DNA of 64,000 nucleotides. Origin: Eledone cirrhosa. Taxonomy: Eukaryota. Location of the stretch: the NCBI GenBank assembly GCA_964016885.1, contig OZ024746.1:60574001-60638000 (forward strand). The letters run 5' to 3'. The notes below the pieces were generated by a model. It was not told where the DNA came from. It searched no databases and saw only the letters and a list, made by a program, of their open reading frames with translations. Both the position numbers and the translations under genes were made by a program. Of the stretch, positions 21,540-34,652 are shown piece after piece (position 1 is the first letter of the stretch; every line of letters starts with the position of its first letter).

Positions 21540-23627
21540 CACAATACCTCCCAACACCTCCTCCTACCACCACCACCAACAACACACCATCCCCGCCACC
21601 ACCACCAACACCACCACCAACACCAACACTAATGCCACCACCATCACCATCACCACCACCAACACCACCACCAACACCACCACTATCACCACCACCACCA
21701 CCAACACCACCACCACCATCACCACCACCAACACCACCACCAACACCAGCGCCACCACCAACACTACCACCAACACCACCACTACCATCACCACCACCAC
21801 CAACACCACCACCAACACCAACACTAGCGCCACCACCAACACCACCACTACCACCACCGCCATCAACACCACCACCACCACCAACACTAACGCCACCACT
21901 GTCACCACCACCACCACCAACACCAACACCAACACCAACACTAGCGCCACCACTACCACCACCACCACCACCAACACTAGCGCCACCACCACCACCACCA
22001 CCACCAACACCAACACCAACACCAACACTAGCGCCACCACTACCACCACCACCACCACCAACACCACCACCAAGACCAACACTATCACCACCACCAACAC
22101 CACCACCACCAACACCACCACCACCACCACCACCACCAAGACCAACACTATCACCACCACCACCACCACCACCACCACCACCAACACCACCACCAAGACC
22201 AACACTATCACCACCACCAACACCACCACCACCAACACCACCACCACCACCAAGACCAACACTATCACCACCACCAACACCACCACCACCACCACCACCA
22301 CCACCAAGACCAACACTATCACCACCACCACCACCACCACCACCAACACCACCACCACCACCACCACCACCACCAACACCACCACCAAGACCACCACCAC
22401 CACCACCACCACCACCAAGACCACCACCACCACCACCACCACCACCACCAAGACCAACACTATCACCACCACCACCACCAACACCACCATCACCACCACC
22501 ACCACCACCACCACCAAGACCAACACTATCACCACCACCAACACCACCACCACCACCACCACCAACACCACCACCAACACCACCACCACGACCACCAACA
22601 CCACCACCACCATCACCACCACCACCACCACCACCACCAAGACCAACACTATCACCACCACCACCACCAACACCACCATCACCACCACCACCACCACCAC
22701 CAACACCACCACCACCAACACCACCAACACCACCACCACCACCACCAAGACCAACACTATCACCACCACCAACACCACCACCACCAACACCACCACCACC
22801 ACCACCACCACCAAGACCAACACTATCACCACCACCACCACCACCACCACCACCACCACCAACACCACCACCAAGACCAACACTATCACCACCACCAACA
22901 CCACCACCACCAACACCACCACCACCACCAAGACCAACACTATCACCACCACCAACACCACCACCACCACCACCACCACCACCAACACCACCATCACCAC
23001 CACCACCACCACCACCAACACCACCACCACCACCACCACCAACACCACCACCACCACCACCAAGACCAACACTATCACCACCACCAACACCACCACCACC
23101 ACCACCACCAACACCACCACCACCACCACCACCACCACCAACACCACCACCAAGACCAACACTATCACCACCAACACCACCACCACCATCACCACCACCA
23201 ACACCACCACCAACACCACCACCACGACCACCAACACCACCACCACCATCACCACCACCACCACCACCACCACCAAGACCAACACTATCACCACCACCAC
23301 CACCAACACCACCATCACCACCACCACCACCACCACCAACACCACCACCACCAACACCACCACCACCACCACCACCAACACCAAGACCAACACTATCACC
23401 ACCACCACCACCAACACCACCACCAACACCACCACCACCATCACCACCACCACCACCACCACCAACACCACCACCAACACCACCACCACCATCACCACCA
23501 CCACCACCACCACCACCACCAACACCACCACCAACACCACCACCACCATCACCACCACCACCACCACCACCAACACCACCACCAACAGCACCACCACCAC
23601 CACCACCAACACCAACACTAGCGCCAC
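21540..23627. repeat. About 2.1-kb (CCA)n array with recurring AAGACCAACACTATC and ACACTAGCG interruptions
   Basis: Visible directly; all interruptions keep the 3-bp phase. Confidence 0.98.
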
Positions 23628-23691
23628 TATTACATAAAATTATTCACAACTGACCAAACATTGATCAGTCTTCTATTGTGAAATGTCAACT

Positions 23692-24240
23692 TGATGGTGG
23701 TGTGTAGTGGTGGTGTGTAGTGGTGGTGGTGATGATGGTGGGTGTGGTGGTGGTGGTGATGATGGTGGTTGTGGTGGTTGGTGGTGGTGGTGGTGGTGGT
23801 GGTTGTGGTGGTGGTTGTGGTGGTGGTGGTGGTGGTTGTGGTGGTGGTGGTGGTGGTGGTGATGATGGTGGTGGTGTTAGTGGTTGATGGTGGTGGTGTT
23901 AGTGGTTGATGGTGGTGGTGGTTGATGGTGGTGGTGGTTGATGGTGGTGGTGGTTGATGGTGGTGGTGGTTTTGGTGGTGGTGGTGGTGGTGGTGTTAGT
24001 GGTTGGTGGTGGTGGTGGTGGTTGTGGTGGTGGTGTTAGTGGTTGGTGATGGTGGTAGTGATGGTGGTGGTGGTAGTGTGACTGGTTGGTGGTGGTGATG
24101 GTGGTGGTGATGGTGGTGGTGGTAGTATGAGTGGTTGGTGGTGGTGGTGGTGATGATGGTGGTGGTGTGAGTGGTTGGTGGTGATGGTGGTGAAGTAGTA
24201 GTTGAGTGCAGGAAGTGGTGGATGAGAGTGGTAGTGATGG
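23692..24240. repeat. (GGT)n array, opposite in orientation to the CCA array
   Basis: Visible directly. Confidence 0.95.
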
Positions 24241-24328
24241 GAGTAGGGTGAGGGTGTCAGTTGTAGTGATATCAATCTTAAGGAGACCCACAATGGAGTG
24301 CTTCCACATCTCTGCTATGTAGCTGCTG

Positions 24329-24988
24329 TCACACACACACACACGCACTCACATATGCATGCTCATACACACACTCATTCACATACACACACATGCATGC
24401 TCTTACACACACATACACACATGCGTGCTCATACACACACAGATTCATTCACATACACACACACAAGCATGCTCATACACACACATACACACATGCGTGC
24501 TCATACACACATACACTCATTCACATACACACACACACACACACGTGTGCTCATACACACACACACTCATTCACATACACACACACACATGCGTGTTCAT
24601 ACACACACACACTCACATATGCATGCTCATTCACACACTCATTCACATACACACACACACATGCATGCTCATACATACACACATACACACACAAGCGTGC
24701 TCATACACACACATACTCATTCACATACACACACACACACGTGTGTGCTCATACACACATACACTCATTCACATACATACACACACACACACTCATTCAC
24801 ATACACACACACACGTGTGCTCATACACACATATGTGTGCTCATACACACATATGTGTGCTCATACACACACACACACGTGTGCTCATACACACATATGT
24901 GTGCTCATACACACACACACACACGTGTGCTCATACACACACATACATCTTCACACACACACACACACACTCATTCACATACACACAC
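24329..24988. repeat. Complex (CA)n-derived minisatellite
   Basis: Recurring GTGCTCATACACAC and CTCATTCACATACAC units. Confidence 0.95.
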
Positions 24989-25159
24989 AAATGTAGTAAA
25001 CCATATCTGAAAGAAGTTTGTTCATGTTTATCCAACAGGATAGCAAGTGCCACAGCATAACCTCCTCCAGTCTACAGACATAATGTGTCCACTTTGTCTC
25101 TAGCATTTGCTTTTCTGAACTAGCGTAGTGGTGTGGTGGCATAGTGGTGGTGGGCAGAT

Positions 25160-25705
25160 CAATGATAATTGTTTCTACTATTGGCACAAGGCCAGAAATT
25201 ACCTCAGTGCATTACTGGTACTTTATTTTATCGACCCCGTAAAGATGAAAGGCAAAGTTAACCTCGACGGGATCAATAATAATGGTTTCTGATTTAAGCA
25301 CAAGGCCAACAATTTTGAGAGGGGAAAGTAGATTAAATTGACCCCAGTGCATTACTGTTACTTTATTTTATTCCCCCCCCCCCCCCACCTCCTATAAGAA
25401 TAAAAGGTAAAGCTAACCTTGGCTGGATTTGAACTCAGAACATAAAAGCATATTGCCCGAAGCTCTACTGATACTGCTAATCCTCTGCCCTAATAATGGT
25501 TTCTTATAAAGGCACAAGGCCAGCAATTTGAAGGGGAGGGGAAAGTCAATTAGATCGACCCCAATGCATTACTGGTGCTCTATTTTATCGACTGCTTAAG
25601 GATGACAGGCAAAGCTAACCTCGACAAAATTTGAACTCAGAACGTAAAATGCCGTAACTCTATGCCCCTAAGCATGTCCAATGCTCTACCGATTCTACCA
25701 ATCCA
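25160..25705 (-). mobile_element. Cluster of three Meta/MESC-like SINE copies
   Basis: Three repeats of GCACAAGGCCA...CATTACTG(G/T)T...AAAG(T/C)TAACCT. Confidence 0.8.
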
Positions 25706-26613
25706 CTCAGGTTTCTCATCACTCTGAGTGGATAGTCAAATAATAACAACAACAACAACAACAATAATGCAGTTGTTAAGTATACTAGATGAAGTAGGGC
25801 ACACTTGAAGGACATCATCATCGTCATCATCATTTAATGTCTATTTTCCTTGCTATCAAGAGTTTGATGGGTCCTCACATAGCAAGTCAATAGTCAAGTG
25901 ATGTTGCTGACCTCTCAGATGGGCTGGAGGCCTGCATCCCTCTCTTACAAACAATCCCACACTTTATTAAGTGTATTTTAGTATGACACGAGCACCAGGG
26001 AAGTTGTTATGTCTTTGACATAGCTGAAGAGTCCTCCTAACAATTTTGTAGCCAGTTTTCTACAGCTGGATGTCCTTCCTATCATCAACCACTTTTACAG
26101 CATGTACTGGGTGTATTTATCACCAACACTGGAGAGGTTGTCTTGCTGTTGACACAGCTGAATTAGTCCTCTTCACCCTATTTGGCATGCTACAGCTACA
26201 CATATTTTCTGTAGTTGTCATAAGTTCAGAAACCCAGTACTATCAAACAAATCATAACATAGGATTTGCAGAGTATAGTAAAATCAGGGAGCAAATAGAT
26301 CAATACAACATGGGTTTATTATATAACAATTGTTTCTATGATAATTCTGCTCACAGTTATGATAATGTCACAGCTGGGTTCAGATAGTAATCACATCATC
26401 AAACATGTACATATGCAAACTGGCACAGAATGGAGTCTGTCATTATCCCATTAAGCTTACATTATCTGGGTAACTTAATTAGCAATGAGCATGAATGTTT
26501 CAAAAATACAAGACCTTTAGTGAGAACAGGTTGAAAAAAGTTCAGGTAATAAATAGACTCCTGAACTTTTTCCAACCATAGAACATCCAGCCCCACTGTT
26601 AATTAAGTTATCC

Positions 26614-27395
26614 AAATAATGATTTCTACTATAGGCACAAGGCCAGTAATTTTGGGAAAAGGGAAAGTCGATTAAATCTATCCCAGTGTGTAACTGGTAC
26701 TTTATTTTATCGACCCTGTAAGGATGAAAGGCAAAGCTAACCTCAACGGGATTTGAACCCAGAACGTAAAGGGCCGTAACTCGATGCTGCAAAGTATGTT
26801 GTCTGACACGCTCTACCGATACTGCCAATCCACCACCCTAATCATTGTAAACAATAGAATTGCTTGAGTAGCAGACGAAATGTGTTCAGATATTTAGTTA
26901 CGTAATAGACACCTGAACTTTTTCCAACCATGGAACATCCAACCCCACTGCTAATTAAGTTACCCAAATAATTGTTTCTATATTTGGCACAAGGCCAGCA
27001 ATTACCCAGAACATTACTGGTACTTTATTTTATCGACCCTGTAAGGATGAAAGGCAAAGTTAACCTTGGCGGGATTTGAACTCAGACCATAAAGGGCCGT
27101 AACTCTTTGCTGCAAAGAATGGCGTCAGACCCTCTACCAATACTGCCAATCCACCACCATTAGTTACCCAAATAATGGTTTCTTATATAGGCACAAGGCC
27201 AGTAATTTGGCGGGAGGAGGGGAAAGTCGATTACATCGACCCCAGTGCGTGACTGGTACTTTATTTTATCGACCCTATAAGGATGAAAGGCAAAGTTAAC
27301 CTCGGCGGGATTTGAGCTCAGATCATAAAGAGCCGTAACTCTATGCTGCAAAGCATGGCGTCCGACCCTCTACCGATACTGCCAATCCACCACCA
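26614..27395 (-). mobile_element. Three Meta/MESC-like SINE copies with duplicated flanks
   Basis: Copies at about 26614-26838, 26967-27158 and 27172-27395. The flank CCTGAACTTTTTCCAACCAT..TAATTAAGTTA occurs at about 26560 and 26912. Confidence 0.85.
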
Positions 27396-27537
27396 TTAGT
27401 TACCCAAGGGAGCCAATTAAAAATTTGATAATGCCAGTTTCTTGTATGCTCTTGCTGCTTGCTGCTCTTGTGCCACATTACAAAGTCTACATTCTATTTT
27501 AGCCTGCCTGAGATGCCACTACATCTCTTATGTAGCC

Positions 27538-27845
27538 ATAGTTTACATGTCTACATGCTATCTTAGTCTATTACTGGGGTCGATTCTTCCTCTCTCTACT
27601 CTGGCTTGGTGGGGATGGTGGGGATAGTTTACATGTCTACATGCTATCTTAGTCTATTACTGGGGTCGATTCTTCCTCTCAGTACTCTGGCTTGGTGGGG
27701 ATGGGTTCTGCCAGGCTTAAAATGCCCAAGAAACATGGTATGTCAATATGGTGCCCCTACGACTTTATCAGGAGTTACGGGGCCATACATACATTCTATT
27801 TTAGCTTGTCTAGATCCACTACATCTCTTATGTATCTATAGTTTA
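27538..27845. repeat. Unclassified repeat with a tandem duplication of about 85 bp
   Basis: ATAGTTTACATGTCTACATGC...GGTGGGGATGG occurs twice. Related sequence lies at about 63510-63690. Confidence 0.7.
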
Positions 27846-28555
27846 TATTTTGTACACCCCGAAATAAATGAGGTCGTGTAGGTGACACGACAAAAAAACA
27901 CACAGTCCACGCTGTAATGTGGCCGTGTAGGTAACACGGTAAAAACCTCCCAGTTCCACACTGTAAATGTGGTTGGTGTTAGGAAGGGCATCCAGCTGTA
28001 GAAAACCTGCCAGACAGTCCTATGCGAGCAAGACAACCACTCTTGCCTCAAGTGGGAAAACTCCCGTCCAAACCCATGCAAGCGTGGAATTGCTAATTAC
28101 ACCTCTGTACATGGCTTGTACAGCTCTCACCAGTCATACATCTACTCTTAGTTTCTTCAGAGCCCACATCTGATCTCCCACAATCGTTTTGCCACAACAA
28201 AAGTCTACCCTGTATGCTGATATGGTGCCACAATAACAAATGCACCTAGTCCCTCCTGTAAGTTGGTTGTGCTGGTGACATGACAAAAAGTGCCCAGTCC
28301 ACACTATAACGTGGTTGTGTTGGTGACACAACAAAAAGCACCCACTCCACACTGTAAAGTGGTGCCACGATAAAAACCACCCAGTCCACACTATAATATG
28401 GTTGGAATTAGGAAAGACATCCAGCTGTAGAAACCAAGCCAAAATACAGAATAGTATGAGCAAGACATAATCTCCGGATCTGACTTGTCTCATAACGTGA
28501 CAACCAATCTAACCCATGCAAACATGGAAAAATGGATGTTAAATGAGGATAATAA

Positions 28556-28887
28556 TCTATATATATATAAAACTAAGGATGTCTGTGTGTGTGCGTCTGT
28601 GAGTTTGAATCCCTAAAACTCGAGAAGTATCCAACCGACTTTTTTCAAACTTTACATGTGTATTACTTATGTTTCAGGGAGTGTTATGCACATAAAACTT
28701 TTTGATCCCCTAGGGCCAGCATTAGGTGAAAAACTGCATTTTTCAGCTTTTTAGGGGCTTTTTTGAGGCGTTATGTCAGACCGATTTCCTTGAAATTGTA
28801 ACTATGTATTAGTCAGTCTCTTCTTCATACCGTGAGCAAAGAAAATCCAACTTTTTTATGGCCTAGGGCACACATTAGGTGAAAAAC
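28556..28887 (+). mobile_element. Helitron 5' portion, truncated where the hammerhead element begins
   Basis: A|TCTATATATATATAAAACT...; homologous to the reverse complement of about 6005-6460. Confidence 0.7.
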
Positions 28888-29232
28888 TTTTGTGCCTCTC
28901 CTTTGTTCTGTCCTACGCCAGAAGATGGCATAGGACAGAACAAAGGAGAGGCACAAAAACAAAGAAAAGAATCCCCAGTCACTGAAGAGGTCACAGAATG
29001 TGTGACGAAAGAACTTTGACAATATATGAACAACTGTCCAGTTGTGGAACCAACCAACCAACTGGAAATTTATAAATTCTTAAATTTATAAATTTAATTT
29101 ATAATAAATTGGAGTGAAAGCAACTGGTGCATGTGTTTCTTATTGGCAACATGACCCTCCCAAAGCATAACAATATCGGTTTCAACACACGTTTTCAGAT
29201 AAAGAATCTTGCTAAACAAATTCAGGAATGAA
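28888..29232 (+). mobile_element. Hammerhead-bearing element, copy 3 (core 28978-29020), with a 33-bp 5' inversion
   Basis: GTCA-CTGAAGA-G-GTCAC(AGAATGT)GTGAC-GAAAG-AA-CTT-TGAC. Inverted arms at 28888-28920 and 28926-28958. Ends in (TA)n. Confidence 0.8.
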
Positions 29233-29346
29233 ATATATATATATATATATTTATTTATTTATTTATAAATATAGTTAATAAATGAAAGAAACAAACTGCA
29301 AGAGGCAATTTTACAGTTATATTAGGTTCATGCTTGGTGGAAGTGG

Positions 29347-29436
<90 letters not shown>

Positions 29437-29481
29437 CATCATCATCATCATCATTATCATCATTATTATCATTTTAATATC

Positions 29482-30160
29482 CGCTTCACCACACTGGGTT
29501 GGACAGATCCTTCTCAGCACAGTATCCCTCCATTCACTGTGTTCCTTTGTCATCTCCTCTGAGAGTCTCTGCGATTTGCGGTCAGCTCTCACCACTTCAG
29601 TCCAGGTCTTTCTTTGTCTACCTCTTCTGCGTCTTTCTTCCACTGGGATTTCCTCGCACTTCTTCACCCAATGATCATTGTCCATGTGCATCACATGTCC
29701 AAACCAACACAGTCTTCTCTCCTGCACACCATCTCGGATTCCTCTGAAACCCAGCTTCTCCTTCAACTCATCCAAATTCTGCTTTTCTCTCACACTTACA
29801 TTGCACATCCAACAAACCATGCTTGCTTCATTTCTCTCCAGTCTACACATTTCCTCTGCAGCCCATGTTTCACTACCATGCAACATCATTCTTCATACAG
29901 TGGCAGCATACAGTTGTCTTTTTGTACATAGGGAGAAACCATTTGTAGTCAATAGCGGGAGTAGTTCTCTAAACTTTGTCCATCCTATCCTTATTCTAGC
30001 TATTATTCTCTCAGTGTACCCTCCTCTGCAGCTATTTTAGTCACCTAGATAGCAGAAGCTATCAACCACTTCTAACGGACCCTTCTTGTGACTGGAAAAG
30101 GTTTAGATCCCTGTGCTCTTCCTCTCAATTATCCCTGTGCATCTTCTACATACAAAGATT
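29482..30160 (-). mobile_element. RTE-clade LINE 3' fragment with (GAT)n tail
   Basis: MLHGSETWA..RLERNEASMVCWMCNV..QERRLCWFGHVMHMD..RGRQRKTW. Confidence 0.9.
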
Positions 30161-30799
30161 TCCATATATAATATTTGTTATTTATAATGACTTTATCTTA
30201 AAGTAAATTGTCCATATTAATAACAAATATTATATTGATTCAATACACAGTGCATGAGTCCTTCATTCAGTGCATGTTTAATGTATTTGATACACAAACC
30301 TATTAAACAAGCATTGGTACCCCCCCCCCCACACACACACACACACGCACACATACAAGATTAGAAGAAGTAGAAATATAGAAAAAAGGTTAGGTAAGTG
30401 TGTGTTTGTGTATATTGCCAATGGAAGTGGGTATGTGTGTATGTTCAGGTGTGTGTGTGTGTGTATGTTGTTTTTGTGTATGTTGTTTGGGTTTATGTTA
30501 TGTTGTGAGGTACTGGAGAGTGTATATGTATATATATATATATATATATATGTATAACTGCATGTGTGTGTGTGTGTATATATATATACATGCATACATA
30601 CATACCTACATACATACATGCATACAAACATACATACATACATACATACATACCTACATACATACATGCATACATACCTACATACATACATCCATACACA
30701 CACACACAAATGAATATTAGTAAAGACTTCAAGAGTCCAACTTTCACACAGATAAGTCTAGATAGAAAAGAAGATTAAAACAAAACCATATTAAAGCTT

Positions 30800-31470
30800 C
30801 ATTGGTTGTTTCCAATGAAGAAGAAAGATCAATGAAAGAACTTTGCCAGTTAAGCTGATAAAATCAAATCCGAAAGCTTTCTTCTGCTATACACATGAAT
30901 CTCTGATTTGGAATCAAAACATCAGTTCGCTTTAATTTCAATGTAAGGATGGAAGGTATATGGATGATTTTTCACAGATTTGCTATCTGTTCAAAGAGAA
31001 ATATGAAATTTGTCTTTTCCCAGACAATTAACTTGTAATGTCTTGTATGACAAGAAATTGCATTAGCAAGATATTCTTGAAAAGTACAAAACAACACTCT
31101 GACTGCATCACTTGAAATGTTAATATTATTCTAATACTGAAAATTTTCTACCAGTAAAGATATTGTAAATTTTTTAGTTATATTGCCCACTTTTAGATCA
31201 TTTTTTACTAAATCGTTACAAAATGTTGAGAGTTAAAAAGCAGCATATTTACCACCTGTTATATTTACCAAACAACATTGTCTCACATTAACCTAACATC
31301 TATATAAACTTAGCAAAACATGACAGTGGAATCCATAAGCTACCTCAATACAAACTGGGGCTCCCGAACCAGACAGCCTTCCAGCTTTACTTCTACAATC
31401 CTGAAAAGCCAGCATTGGTAGTTCTCTGAACATGTTTTTAAGCCATTTTCCTTGCTAAAGCAGGGATTCA
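30800..31470 (+). mobile_element. Highly degenerate CR1/L2-group LINE internal fragment
   Basis: IKSNPKAFFCY, ICYLFKEKYE and APEPDSLPALLLQS*K resemble the linker and SxGPDG motif that precede the RT domain. Confidence 0.55.
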
Positions 31471-31739
31471 CCTTTGTACTTATCATGAGGCCTTTTCTTC
31501 TGCATAGAGCTGATGTGCATGAAGACAATGATAAGACCAGAACATATATCAGTCTAAAGATGAGAACATTCAATCTCAACCAAATCGTGTGTCTGCTTTT
31601 GGATGTTTGTTGTCTCTCCTTGTATTTAGTTTTTTTCTTGTGTGAAGAACTGGCCACATATTAGGGAAACACCAGAGGAACAGACTACTAGATCAGCCTA
31701 AAAATATTAAAAATATAACGATAACAAAGATTTTGTGAT

Positions 31740-32165
31740 GTTACTTTGGAGTTGTTTAATGGTCCTTATATTTCGGGATAAAATCCCTTCATCAAAAGAA
31801 TAATGGAGGAAACTAATTCAGAGTAGAATAACTTGTGTCACTCTTATGTTACCATTCTTTAAATTTGAAAGTGGTGTTTTTTTTTTTTCAACACTGGAAA
31901 TGGTTAATAGATCATATTCTGATTTAAGCTATAATTATATCTATTTTTGAAATAGAATGAAATGTGACAGTGGGTATGTCTTTGTTAGGCACTGTGTGTT
32001 GAGTTCTAGTCTGTTGTTGATTTGGGGTTTGAGTTTGTCTATTTGAAAAGATTTTTTGATTCTGAGATTACCAGTATTCCTATCTTTGATTTCATTAGTA
32101 ATGGTTATATAAAGATATAATTTATTTGTGTTCTTGTACTTAGCTATGTGTTTCTTGATGGAGAA
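31740..32165 (-). mobile_element. Penelope-like remnant: GIY-YIG C-terminal tail plus degenerate hammerhead (31760-31800)
   Basis: With one frameshift it reads DRNTGNLRIK(E)SFQIDKLKPQINNRLE. Downstream is TTCTT-TTGATGA-A-GGGAT(TTT)ATCCC-GAAA-TATA-AGGACC. Confidence 0.65.
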
Positions 32166-32199
32166 TGTGTGTGTGTGTTAAGGTGCTATACGGTTGGTC

Positions 32200-32720
32200 A
32201 ACTCATCTCTTTGCATCCAGAGTCCACACGATCTTCCAGTGGATTCATTGTGGCAGGTGACATGGCTAGCAAGGGCCAGAAAGCGATGCTTCACAACATC
32301 AGTGAAGGATCCATACAGAGACTTGTTTACTGGATGACATCTCCAGATGTTGTATGCTAAGCATAGCATTTTAGTGTATGCACCATTGAGTCTCTTGTGG
32401 CGAACAGCATTCAATATCCACAAATCCAAACCACACAGAAGGATTGTTTCTATACAGGCTAAAAAACACCCTTGTGCATGTACTTCATCTTTGGTGCATT
32501 CAAAAACAGACCAACATCCTGGCATGCTTTCTCACCGTTGAGGTGATCCTGTGCAGCTTCAATTGTATTTTTGAGAAGCCTAATGTTACCAGCATAGTCA
32601 AGATCAGCTATGACTTTGGCAAGATGATGATGACTACAATGTTGTCTCAGTGTCAGGCATCGGTTTCAGTGTTCGAAGTGTGCAATGCATAATTTAGGGA
32701 TTTCATAGCCATCATAGTCT
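32200..32720 (-). mobile_element. RTE/RTE-X-like LINE fragment, degenerate
   Basis: FLACIETILLCGLDLWIL..KRLNGAYTKML..HPVNKSLYG..RFLALASHV matches the post-RT region of RTE-group LINEs. Confidence 0.75.
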
Positions 32721-33339
32721 TTTTTCAGCCAGATATTATTTTTGGTAACAACCTTTTTAGTCACTACTTATGATATGCAGGGACATAATGTAGCTGTTAT
32801 AAGCCAGATACATGCAGAGAACCACTGTAAAGTGGTCGTGTAGGTGTCACGACAAAAAGCATCCAGCCCACACTGTAAAATGGTCATGTAGGAGACACGG
32901 TAAAAAGCACCCAGCGCACACTGTAAAGGGCATCCAGCCAGAAACAGTTCTATATGAGCGAGACACGGTCACCCGACCCAACTTGCCTCTAATGGTACAA
33001 ATCTGTCTAACTCATGCTAGCATGGAAAATAGACGTTAAACGATGATAATGATGATGATGATGTGTGTTTGTGTGTGTTGTGCTGGTGCCATGAAAAAAG
33101 CACTCAGTCATCCCTACCAGGTAATAGTGGCGATGCCATGAGAAAATGAACTCGGTACACACCATAAAGTGGTTAGCATTAGGAAGGGCATCCAACCACA
33201 TAGAAACCATGGAAAAATGGAAATGTATGAGCAAAACAGTCATCTGACCTACCTGTCTAGCCTCAGAATTTGACTATGTAAAACATGCAAATATGGAAAA
33301 TAGAAATAAAACAGTGATGATGATGTGTGTGTATTTATT

Positions 33340-33382
<43 letters not shown>

Positions 33383-34149
33383 ACGTGTCTTTTGTAGAAA
33401 TGCTATGTTATACTTTTATATGTGTATATTTGTTTCAGAGAATTTATAGGACAAATCTTTTTATTGTATTTATTTATTCTTAAATTCCCATATTATGTAA
33501 TATATTGTGTAATATATTTTATCAATACTGAAAATACATTCATCCTTTCTACAAGTGGTTTTTCTTCTTTGAAGATAATTTCTCTTTGATGAATGCCATT
33601 TGTTGTCTACAAAAAAGACCTTTTCCTTTTTGTTACTGTCTCCACATCTGTATCAGCAGATAAGGTAGACAATTTTGTTTTAACCAACAATGTACTATTA
33701 ACTGATATAATAATCAACCATTTACATACAGTCTTGTCTAGTCAGACAACTTTTGTTTTTCTATACATAATATACATTGTGCTGGATAAAGGACTATTGA
33801 AAAAGAGGAAAGGTAAAACAACAGAAGAGAGACATATATGTTATGTAAAATTATAATAAAATAAACCGAGACAGGAAAGAAAATAAAAATTGGAAAAGTC
33901 GAAGAGAAAGCCATTCCAAAATCCTAATGGGAATGAAAAATATTGGTGTGTTTTAATGGAGCTAGTACTGCATGGAATATTGGGAAAAGAAACCTATACC
34001 AGATAACAACAAGTGTTTGAAGGCCATTTTCCCTGTTAAAGCAGGAGTTAGCTTTGTAGCTTCCTTATGATAACCTTTTCCATTTTACCCTTATATCTAC
34101 ATCCCCCCACCCATATTAAGCTCTTGGCTTTCATTTCCTCCTTGGTCAC

Positions 34150-34460
34150 TGTCTCTATTCCAACCATCGCATTCCATTTCTCTTCACAACAGCCATCACT
34201 GGCTCTATTCCTCTTATCCATTAGTCACTTCCATCCTTCCTCAACACATGACTCAACCATCTCATTCCATTTCTCTTCACAACATTCATTACTGGTTCTA
34301 TCCCTGTCACACAGTCACTTTTATCCTCCCTCAACACATGACCTAACCATCTCACTCTATTTCTCTTCACAAAATTCATCACTGGTTCTATCCCTCTCAT
34401 CCAGTCTCTCCCATCCTTCCTTAACACATGACCCAACCATTTCATTTTTCTTCTCAACAT
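34150..34460 (-). repeat. Tandem copies (about 90-93 bp, 3-4 copies) of an RTE ORF fragment
   Basis: GIEPVMNxVKRNxxRWLGHVLRKD is repeated in frame. TTTCTCTTCACAA occurs at about 34177, 34270 and 34360. Confidence 0.8.
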
Positions 34461-34619
34461 TCAAATTATCTCCCCTTTTCTTTGAGAGTTGCTAACAATT
34501 ACCATTAGGGTTTTATTTTTTTCTCCATCTAAGAGGCAAATTTCAATTTATTGATTTTTTTTTTTTTTTTTGCCATTCAGTACATCAACACCTACCTGAA
34601 CTATTTCTCTCTCTCTCTT

Positions 34620-34652
<33 letters not shown>

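Noticed and set aside
21564-23653. 673-aa poly-Pro (extensin-like) and 687-aa poly-Val ORFs
   Set aside because: These come from a (CCA)n array that lacks stops on both strands. There is no codon diversification and no unique domain.
24298-25060. His/Thr-rich ORFs
   Set aside because: (CA)n-derived and open in all three frames.
26070-26387. 105-aa ORF
   Set aside because: It begins in a SINE/RTE tail and has no motif. The possible acceptor near 26214 is unsupported.
31340-31657. 105-aa minus-strand ORF with a hydrophobic segment
   Set aside because: It has a non-ATG start, partly overlaps a plus-strand LINE remnant and shows no recognisable domain.
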